32,000 nucleotides of DNA from NCBI GenBank assembly GCA_029269845.2, contig CP149973.1, positions 690,001 through 722,000 of the forward strand, in the 5' to 3' direction. Source of the DNA: Opitutia bacterium KCR 482. GTDB taxonomy: Bacteria; Verrucomicrobiota; Verrucomicrobiia; Opitutales; Intestinicryptomonadaceae. A model generated the notes under the pieces. It was not told the origin of the DNA. It saw only the letters and a list, made by a program, of their open reading frames with translations, and ran no database searches. Shown piece by piece: positions 24,912 to 32,000 of this stretch; the stretch's first letter is position 1; every line of letters starts with the position of its first letter. A program made the position numbers and the translations under genes.

Positions 24912-27704
24912 CTATTCCGAAACGATTTCGAAGAACACCGCCGTGTGCTTTGCCGTGTCGAGTTCCAACTTCATCACGCCGTCGGCGGAGACTTCGCAGG
25001 GGATTTTTTCGACGCGTTCGCCGTTCATTTTCAGCGAATACACCGCGTACTTTTTGTTCGGCGCAAGCTTCAATTCGGCGGAAAGTTTGCCGGTTTCGAT
25101 AAGCACGGGCATGCCGCCCCAAGCCGTTACGAACAGCCTGTTTTTCGACACGCCGAAGCCCTTCATGACGGCGTCGGTGTTGTATGTGAGAACGAGCCTG
25201 CCCGATTCGGCAATCGGCTTGTCGTCAACCGCCGAGACCGCGATTGCCGCGTTCGCCGTGGACGATTTCACCGTGAGCCTGCCTAACTTTTCGTTTTTGA
25301 GCGTCGAGCGCATTACGATAGCCTCCGACTTCGGGCTTACGACTTTCATCATGTTCTCCTTCGAGCGCATTGTGATTTCGCCCGTGTCGCTCTGGTAGAC
25401 GCCGTTTGCGGGGTCGGAGATGTTGTCGGCGGGGAGTATTCCCTTTGCCTTCAATTCCTTTGCGAATTCGGCGATGTTGAATTTGCCGTCGGGCGAAATC
25501 GACATCGTGGCGGGCTTTACCGACACTTTTTTAAGCTCGTCGATTTTCCTCGCCGTCGGGAAGTTGAGGGCAAAGCCCGTCATGAGCGCGATTTTCGTGC
25601 GGTCGGCGGCGGCTGGCATTCCGATTGCCTGACTCTTTTCCATCGCCTCCTTGTCGAAGAGAATGTCTACGCGGTTCGGCGAAGTTTTGACGTCGCCGCG
25701 GTAGAAGAGGAAGAAGTTGATGAAGTCGTTTGCGCGGAATACTGGGTTTTCGGCGACGTTGAAGTAGCCCAGCTCTCCGCCGCGCGGGGCTACCGCCGCG
25801 TCGAATACCACGAGCCCGTCGTAGTCGTTTAGAGCCGAGTACGCGGGGAATGTCAGCGCCGCCTCGTGCTTGAAGCGGTTGAAGTGGCAGTGCTGGTATT
25901 CGGTGATTGTCATGGGCATTCCCGCAACTTTTCGGTTGATTGTGGAACGCCAGAAGTTGGTTTCGTCGGCGAATTCGCTGGTGTCGTTGACTATGCCGCC
26001 GATGAGGTAGGACGACGGGTGAACGAAGTATGTGTTGCACGCAATGTAGCTGCCTCCCTCCGCGCCGATGAACGACCAGTACAGACGCTTGTTGCAGTTG
26101 TTCTGGTGGGTGGGAACTTTCATGCCGATTTCCTTGCGGACGAAGTTTTCCCAAAACGCCTGCGTTTCCTCCATCGCCTTGATTACGAAGTGCGCGTACG
26201 CCTTTGAGCCGCGGTTGCCCCAGACGGAGAGGTCGGCGTCGGCGAAGGTTTTAAGAGGCTTTTTCTGTTTCCACGCGGGGTTGTCGGCGAGGAACTTTTC
26301 GACCGTTCCGTATTTTCCCTTCAAAAACTCCGCGAACTTCGAGGCTATCAACGCCTTGCCCTCGGCCGTGAGGTTGGGGTAGTTTTCCGCGCCGATTTCA
26401 AACTCGTTCCAGTATTCGAGCGTCGCCACTACGGGGTCGTCTTTGAGAGCCATGCCCGTGTAGGGGTTGACGTGTTCGAGCTGCATGCGGGCAAGCTTCT
26501 TCCAGTTGTCGCGCACTTTTTCGTCGCCGAGCATCATTTTGACTTTCAGCGTTCCGCGTTCGTCCCAGCGGAATTCGGGACTGCCGTCGTCGTTGCTGCA
26601 AAGGTAGTAGAAAATATAGACGCCCTCGCGTTTGAGCGCGTAGATATAGTAGTCGTACATATCCTGAATTTCGGGCTTGAGCCGGTAGGGGGCGTCGTAT
26701 TCCGCCGCTCCGCGCATTGCGGGACGCCAGCGCACGGCGTTGTAGCCCTGCTTTTTGAGGATTTTCACGTATTCGTCGATGTCCTCGTGCGTGCGCACAA
26801 GCTCGCCCGTCACGCGCGGAGCCGACGGGTCTACAACCTCGTTTTTCACGGGGAAGCGGTTTGCAAGGCGCAGGTTTGTGCCCTTGAATTTAATCGGCAC
26901 TCCCGGCTTCTTTTCGAACTCGAACTTGCCGCTCTTGCCGATTACCACCCTGCCGTCTATTCCGCACGGCGCGCCGAACATCATTTTGGAGACATCGAGA
27001 GCCGAGCCCTCCTTGATTGCGAGGTCGGCGGTGTCGAGGGGCTTCCAGACTTCGGGGTCGAAAACGTAGTTTTGGGTTGTCTGCACTTCCTCCGAGGAAA
27101 CCGCCACGCCCGCGATTTTCCAATCGCCCTTGCCAAAGCTTTTGAATCCGATTTTCGAAATCGGGGCGGGGTCTTTGCCGGGAACCGCCCCATAGTTTAC
27201 GATGAAGCGCGACAGGTACAAAACGCCCGTCTTGCTCTTTTCGTTTTCCACATAGACGGGAAGCGCGTTGTCGAGCACGTCGGCGGATTCGTCCGCGCCG
27301 CCGATGTCGCGGCCGCCCTTAACCCAAACGGTGCGCTTGCGGCCGTCGGCAAAAACAATCTCCATTTCGCCGCCGAAAACCTTGCCCTTGGGCTGGTTTT
27401 CGAACGCGTGGAGAAGGAAGACGTAGTTCGCGTTTCGGTTGACGTATTTGGAAACGTCCACTTCGGGCACGTTCTTTTCGTTGCTTGCCGAAATTACCCA
27501 GTTGCCGCCGTGCTTCGACGGATCGGCGACGATGAACCCCATTCCGCCAAGCTCCATGCCTCCCGACTTGAAGTTTTTGACCGACGCCATCTTTCCGTTG
27601 ACCGCCTCCGAGATGTCGGCAACCTGCGTATTTTCCCCGTCGCAACCCGCCGCAAAAAGCGCGAGAATCGACGCCGATAGTAGTAGTAGTTTTTTCATTC
27701 CCAT
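24912..27704 (-). CDS. secreted (possibly lipoprotein) putative clan GH-A glycoside hydrolase, paralog 2 (lacks first N-terminal module)
   Basis: MGMKKLLLLSASILALFAAGC leader. Motifs LEYWNEFE (Glu codon 26403-26405) and MTITEYQ (Glu codon 25899-25901), 168 aa apart. Collinear with paralogs 1 and 3, including the shared GILPADNISDPA…YQSDTGEI block. Confidence 0.6.
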   Translation of the reverse strand: MGMKKLLLLSASILALFAAGCDGENTQVADISEAVNGKMASVKNFKSGGMELGGMGFIVADPSKHGGNWVISASNEKNVPEVDVSKYVNRNANYVFLLHAFENQPKGKVFGGEMEIVFADGRKRTVWVKGGRDIGGADESADVLDNALPVYVENEKSKTGVLYLSRFIVNYGAVPGKDPAPISKIGFKSFGKGDWKIAGVAVSSEEVQTTQNYVFDPEVWKPLDTADLAIKEGSALDVSKMMFGAPCGIDGRVVIGKSGKFEFEKKPGVPIKFKGTNLRLANRFPVKNEVVDPSAPRVTGELVRTHEDIDEYVKILKKQGYNAVRWRPAMRGAAEYDAPYRLKPEIQDMYDYYIYALKREGVYIFYYLCSNDDGSPEFRWDERGTLKVKMMLGDEKVRDNWKKLARMQLEHVNPYTGMALKDDPVVATLEYWNEFEIGAENYPNLTAEGKALIASKFAEFLKGKYGTVEKFLADNPAWKQKKPLKTFADADLSVWGNRGSKAYAHFVIKAMEETQAFWENFVRKEIGMKVPTHQNNCNKRLYWSFIGAEGGSYIACNTYFVHPSSYLIGGIVNDTSEFADETNFWRSTINRKVAGMPMTITEYQHCHFNRFKHEAALTFPAYSALNDYDGLVVFDAAVAPRGGELGYFNVAENPVFRANDFINFFLFYRGDVKTSPNRVDILFDKEAMEKSQAIGMPAAADRTKIALMTGFALNFPTARKIDELKKVSVKPATMSISPDGKFNIAEFAKELKAKGILPADNISDPANGVYQSDTGEITMRSKENMMKVVSPKSEAIVMRSTLKNEKLGRLTVKSSTANAAIAVSAVDDKPIAESGRLVLTYNTDAVMKGFGVSKNRLFVTAWGGMPVLIETGKLSAELKLAPNKKYAVYSLKMNGERVEKIPCEVSADGVMKLELDTAKHTAVFFEIVSE

Positions 27705-27735
27705 ATATATTGTGGTTATTGTGTGTTGTTGAATA

Positions 27736-30700
27736 TTATTCGGCGACGATTTCGAAGAAGGGCGAGAACTCCTTGAGCTTCGACGTGTCGATTTCTATTT
27801 TCAGCATGCCGTCCGACTCTTCGAGCGGGATTTTTTCGAGGCGTTCGCCCGTGATTTTAAGCGCGTAAAGCGAGAATTTTTTGCCCGCGCCGAAAAGCGA
27901 AGCCACGTCGTCGAAGAATCCCAAGCTCGGCTTTTCGAGCGTAGCCGACACTTTGCCGACCTGCATGAGAATAGGCGTCGTGCCTTTCGAGATGAACGTC
28001 GTTTCGTCGCGCGAAACTTTGAAGTTCGTAGAGATGTTGTTGGTGTTGAAAATGAACACAATTCTCCCCGACTCCGCAAGCGGGTTGCCGTCAACCGACG
28101 ACGCCGCAACCGCCGCGGGAACCGAAACCGACTTCACCGTAAGCTCGCCCACCTTCTCGTTTTTCGTGGCGGGCTTGAGCGCGACAGCCTCGGTATTTGC
28201 GGTCGCAACTTTCACAAGCTCCTCTTTCACGCGCATCGTGATTTCGCCGGTGTCGCTCTGGAAGACGCCCTTTGCGGGGTCTGTCGCGTTGTCGGCGGGA
28301 AGTATGCCTGCCTCGCGCAGGCGTTTTGCGGCTTGGGAAATGTCGAACTTTTTGTCGCCCGCGCCAGTTCCCGCGACGTTCGACGCAGCCCACGACGCCG
28401 AAGAGCCAATCGGCTCGAACTGCAAGTCGGCGGGCTTCGTTTTGATTTTCGCGGCGGCGGGCGATTTGCGGGCGGTCGGGAACTCGATTCCGAAGCCCGT
28501 AAGCAGCGCGAGTTTCGACTGCTCCGTGTTCATGGCGTTGCCGACTTCGCGCGAGTTTTCAAGGTATTTGTCGTCGTAGACAATGTCCACGCGGCGGTCG
28601 GAAGTTTTGACGTCGCCCCTGAAAAACAGCACGGAGGTCAAAAATTCGTTTGCGCGGAACACGGGGCTGCCCGCCACTTCGAAAGGTCCGAGCGCGCCGC
28701 GCGATTTAAGAACCGCAACATCGTGGACTGTGAGGTTGTCGAAGCCCTGCAACGCCGAGTACGACGGGAACAGCACGCCGCCCTCGTGTTTGTAGGGATT
28801 CCAGTGGCAGTGCTGCCATTCCGAAAGCATCATGGGCCTTCCCGCCACGCGCTTCGCGGCGGCGGCTCTGAAATATTCGCCGAAGTCGGACACAGACGAC
28901 TCCGAGCCCACTACCGAGCCCTCCGACATGAACGCGCTGGGGTGTTTGTGGTAGACGTTGAGCGCGGTGTAATCGCCCGCCTCCGCGCTTAGCAGCGCAA
29001 ACGATGTTGCCCTCACGCAGTTGTGCTGGTGGAGCGGAACGTTGAAGCCCTCCTCGCCGCGCACGACGCCCTCGCAGAAGCGTTGGAGGTCGCGCCCGTT
29101 TTCGATTATGAACAGGGCGATGTCGCGCTGTGAAATGCCTTCGTCGGATATTTTCACGTCGTCGAAGCTTTTGAGGTTGCGGCGGGCTTTCCATTCGGGC
29201 TCGTTCCAGTTTTCGAAAGTCTTGTACTTGTTTTTGAGGAACTCCACGAACTTTGCGTTTACAAACTTCTTCACGCGCGGCGACGCGTTGCGAAGCCCGA
29301 CGGGGCCAAGCTCGATTTCGTTGAAATACTCGGTGGAGACAATGGAGGGGTCGTCCTTCCACTTTTTGCCTGTGTATTTGTTGACGAGGTTAAGCTCCCA
29401 CTTGACGAACTTGCGCCAGTCGGCGCGGGTTTTTTCGTCGCCGAAGAACATGAGAATTTTCACGTCGAACCTGTCGGCCCAATTGAAGTCGGGGTTGCCG
29501 AGGTCGTGGCTCGAAAGGTTGAAGTGCGAGTACACGCCCTCGCGCGCCATGGCGTAGAAGAAGTAGTCGTACATGTCCTTGTTGTACTCCCTGAGAGTGT
29601 ACGGCGCGGAGAATTCCTTGTTGCCGCGCATGGAAATGCGCCAGCGAACGAGGTTGTAGCCCTGCCTGCGCATCATTTTTGCAAGCTCGTCGATGTCGGC
29701 GTGCGTCTTGATTGTCGTGCCGAAGCCGTCGCCGGGACGCCAGTTCGTGCCCTGAAACTTCACGGGAACTCCCGCGCGGTTTTCAAATTCGAAACGCCCG
29801 TTTTCGGAGACTCTCATTTTGCCGAAGCTGCCCGCGGGCGCGCTTTCAACCTGCTTGGAGAGGTCGAGAGCCGTGCCCTCTTTCACCGCCAAGTCGGAGA
29901 TGTCCACGGGCTTCCACTGGCTCAAATCGTACTGTTTGGGAACGATTGTATCGAGGCTTTCGCTCGAAACCGTAATCGCGAAAACGTTGAGCTTTTCGCC
30001 GTCGATTCTTATGCTTTTGATTGCTCCGGCGTTTTCCTTAAACACGAATTTTGTGAAGTAAAGCACTCCGCCGTTCTTGCCCCCCCCGAAAACGGGAATG
30101 CACTTGGAGTTAAATTTTGTAGTGCCGGCGGAGTCGCCGAAATCCCTGTCTTTGCGAATCCAGAAATGCTCCGACCCGCCGTTTTCGAAAGAAACGAGCA
30201 TGCTTGCGCAGGCGTGGTCGGTATACTTCAAGTCGTTCGAGACCGCGCCCAAAACGTAGACGTATTTGCCGCGAATACCTTTGCCCGACAAATCGGCTTT
30301 CAGCGGCGTCGATACAGAAACAGCCGCCGCGCGGTTGACGCCCGACTTCGGGAAATCGTACTTCATTCCGCCAAGCTCTACAACTCCCTCGGGGAGGTTT
30401 TTATACGCCGAAATGCCGCCCTTCGAGCCGTCGGCCGGAATGTTTGCGCATTCGGAAATGTCGACCGTGTACGTGCCGTCCCACTTGGCGGGGACTTTCG
30501 CCTCTACCGACACCGACACCGGCACGCCTTTTTTCACACTGATTTTGGCGGGTATGCCGCGCGCGTATGTAGCCTCATGCCCGCTTTGCCCCGCAAGCTC
30601 GGCTTCGGGCTTGCCGTCGAATGCGAGGTTTCTGAACAGAGTGCGGTTTGAGAGCACCGCGCCGTTTTTGTCGCGCGCAAAATTGCTGCGCAGAAGAATG

Positions 30701-30969
30701 TTGAGCGTTGCGTCGGAATCGGGCACAACGGTGAAGCCCATTTTACTCCATTCGGAGTCCGACACTTTTTTTGTGGCGGTTATCGTTTTCGGGGCGTCGC
30801 TGCGCCAGTTTGCGTGGCCCGCGCCCGTGCCTTTTATCTTGGCGACGACCTTTACGTCGGCGTCCGACCACGAGAAGATTTCCGCAACGTGCGATTTTAC
30901 CGCGTCCGCCGCAAACAATGAAGCCGCCGCGAGTGTTGACAATAGTATTATAGGTGTTTTTCCAAACAT
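27736..30969 (-). CDS. secreted putative clan GH-A glycoside hydrolase, paralog 1
   Basis: Preferred start MFGKTPIILLSTLAAASLFAADA (ATG at 30969; the ORF-track start at 31023 adds 18 non-signal residues). Motifs TEYFNEIE (Glu codon 29317-29319) and MMLSEWQ (Glu codon 28819-28821), 166 aa apart. Confidence 0.6.
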   Translation of the reverse strand: MFGKTPIILLSTLAAASLFAADAVKSHVAEIFSWSDADVKVVAKIKGTGAGHANWRSDAPKTITATKKVSDSEWSKMGFTVVPDSDATLNILLRSNFARDKNGAVLSNRTLFRNLAFDGKPEAELAGQSGHEATYARGIPAKISVKKGVPVSVSVEAKVPAKWDGTYTVDISECANIPADGSKGGISAYKNLPEGVVELGGMKYDFPKSGVNRAAAVSVSTPLKADLSGKGIRGKYVYVLGAVSNDLKYTDHACASMLVSFENGGSEHFWIRKDRDFGDSAGTTKFNSKCIPVFGGGKNGGVLYFTKFVFKENAGAIKSIRIDGEKLNVFAITVSSESLDTIVPKQYDLSQWKPVDISDLAVKEGTALDLSKQVESAPAGSFGKMRVSENGRFEFENRAGVPVKFQGTNWRPGDGFGTTIKTHADIDELAKMMRRQGYNLVRWRISMRGNKEFSAPYTLREYNKDMYDYFFYAMAREGVYSHFNLSSHDLGNPDFNWADRFDVKILMFFGDEKTRADWRKFVKWELNLVNKYTGKKWKDDPSIVSTEYFNEIELGPVGLRNASPRVKKFVNAKFVEFLKNKYKTFENWNEPEWKARRNLKSFDDVKISDEGISQRDIALFIIENGRDLQRFCEGVVRGEEGFNVPLHQHNCVRATSFALLSAEAGDYTALNVYHKHPSAFMSEGSVVGSESSVSDFGEYFRAAAAKRVAGRPMMLSEWQHCHWNPYKHEGGVLFPSYSALQGFDNLTVHDVAVLKSRGALGPFEVAGSPVFRANEFLTSVLFFRGDVKTSDRRVDIVYDDKYLENSREVGNAMNTEQSKLALLTGFGIEFPTARKSPAAAKIKTKPADLQFEPIGSSASWAASNVAGTGAGDKKFDISQAAKRLREAGILPADNATDPAKGVFQSDTGEITMRVKEELVKVATANTEAVALKPATKNEKVGELTVKSVSVPAAVAASSVDGNPLAESGRIVFIFNTNNISTNFKVSRDETTFISKGTTPILMQVGKVSATLEKPSLGFFDDVASLFGAGKKFSLYALKITGERLEKIPLEESDGMLKIEIDTSKLKEFSPFFEIVAE

Positions 30970-31127
30970 AGTAATCCGTGTGTGTGTTAAAGGGTTTGAC
31001 GTTAACCGATTTCCGCCGCGCATGCAAACATTTTTTCCCGCGCTCCCCGCCGATTCTTTCTTTCCGTGAAAATTGTGTTGCGCGAAGCGATTTTGATGTT
31101 TTCATTGTCTTCCGATTTTTAAAATTT

Positions 31128-32000
31128 ATGAACGGAGTAAAAAGACCTGTAATATTAGTAATTAGGGACGGCTGGGGCGAAAACCACGACTCCTCCCTCG
31201 ACAAATACAATGCGGTAAAACTGGCGGACGCGCCGTTTTGCAAAATGCTCTCGAAAAAATGGCCGCGCACCGAAATTTCGGCTTGCGGGCTTGAAGTCGG
31301 TCTCCCCGAAGGAATCATGGGCAACAGCGAAGTCGGACACCAGAACATCGGCGCGGGCAGAATCGTTGACCAGGAAATCGTAAGAATCGACAAGGGCTTC
31401 CAGACTGGCTCGGTGCTCGAAAGCCCCGTACTCAACGAAGTCTTCAAGAAGCTCGACAACGGCGGCGCGCTCCACCTCTTCGGGCTTTGCTCAGACGCCG
31501 GCGTGCACTCGATGCTCCGCCACCTCTACGCGCTCCTTAAAATCTGCGCCGACAAAAAGTACGACAAGGTTTTCCTCCACGCTTTCACCGACGGACGCGA
31601 CACCCCGCCCACGAGCGGACTCGGATTTATCCGCGAAGTCGAAGGCAAGATGAAGGAATACGGCGTCGGACAGGTTGCGTCGGTAATCGGCAGATTCTGG
31701 GCGATGGACAGAGACAAACGCTGGGACAGAGTCGAAAAAGCCTACGACTGCCTCGTCGGGACAAAGGCCGAAGCCGCGGTCTCCAACGCCGAAGACGCGT
31801 TCAAAAACTACTACGAAAAACCCGCCGCCGACAACATGCAGGGCGACGAATTCATCGTCCCCACTTGGATTGAAAAGGACGGAAAGCCCATCGGCAGAAT
31901 CGCCGACGGCGACGCCGTCATATTCTTCAACTTCCGCGGCGACCGCCCGCGCGAGCTTACAAGCGCGTTCATCGACAAAGGCTTCGACGGCTTCGACCGC
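31128..32000 (+). CDS. gpmI: 2,3-bisphosphoglycerate-independent phosphoglycerate mutase, 3'-truncated by window edge
   Basis: Absent from the ORF track because it has no stop in the window. My translation from the ATG at 31128 reads [19 protein letters not shown]…[27 protein letters not shown]…FTDGRDTPP…, which are hallmark iPGM motifs. Confidence 0.9.
   Translation, partial: MNGVKRPVILVIRDGWGENHDSSLDKYNAVKLADAPFCKMLSKKWPRTEISACGLEVGLPEGIMGNSEVGHQNIGAGRIVDQEIVRIDKGFQTGSVLESPVLNEVFKKLDNGGALHLFGLCSDAGVHSMLRHLYALLKICADKKYDKVFLHAFTDGRDTPPTSGLGFIREVEGKMKEYGVGQVASVIGRFWAMDRDKRWDRVEKAYDCLVGTKAEAAVSNAEDAFKNYYEKPAADNMQGDEFIVPTWIEKDGKPIGRIADGDAVIFFNFRGDRPRELTSAFIDKGFDGFDR

Noticed and set aside
21657-30651. 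Several ~380-400-aa plus-strand ORFs (21657..22856, 26472..27680, 29506..30651) antisense to the three paralogs
   Set aside because: Each mirrors a paralog at the equivalent position, so they are produced by the same codon bias. They are R/V/A/F-rich and lack start context. The minus-strand products are mutually conserved at the protein level.
30970-31023. Upstream start for paralog 1 ([18 protein letters not shown]…), and likewise 21456..21509 for the MFS gene
   Set aside because: The extensions precede a clean signal peptide (paralog 1) or the first TM region (MFS) and look non-native. The internal Met gives canonical N-termini.

Overview
GC-rich, densely coding bacterial chromosomal segment. 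No rRNA, tRNA, CRISPR, transposase or integrase genes were recognised. Left to right:
(1) A 5'-truncated hypothetical gene.
(2) A two-gene operon: a signal-peptide beta-barrel-like protein (DUF3034-like) plus an HSL-family esterase.
(3) A sulfur amino-acid cluster: an Rrf2 regulator, cysK and metY. cysK and metY are separated by an unusual 690-bp non-coding spacer made of nested tandem repeats and a long palindrome.
(4) An RND efflux pair (adaptor plus permease, no outer-membrane factor) followed by a TetR regulator.
(5) Two orphan genes: a very acidic 243-aa protein and a small membrane protein.
(6) A secreted repeat-rich protein whose PEP-CTERM sorting tail is cut off by a single in-frame TAA.
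(7) A secreted CE7 acetyl-esterase.
(8) A 14-kb minus-strand carbohydrate block. Three paralogous ~930-1090-aa secreted proteins appear to be divergent clan GH-A (GH42/GH5-like) TIM-barrel glycosidases. They are followed by an MFS(ACS)/DUF4380-like/MBL/enolase-superfamily operon that looks like sugar-acid uptake and dehydration.
(9) The 5' part of gpmI.
The PEP-CTERM signal, scarce Shine-Dalgarno motifs and glycan-enzyme content suggest a PVC-group organism (Verrucomicrobiota, Lentisphaerota or Kiritimatiellota); this is inference only.
Most worth follow-up: the metY-cysK repeat array, the triplicated unclassified glycosidase-like genes with their sugar-acid operon, and the stop-codon-severed PEP-CTERM gene. 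All family calls rest on motif recognition by eye; no database search was run.
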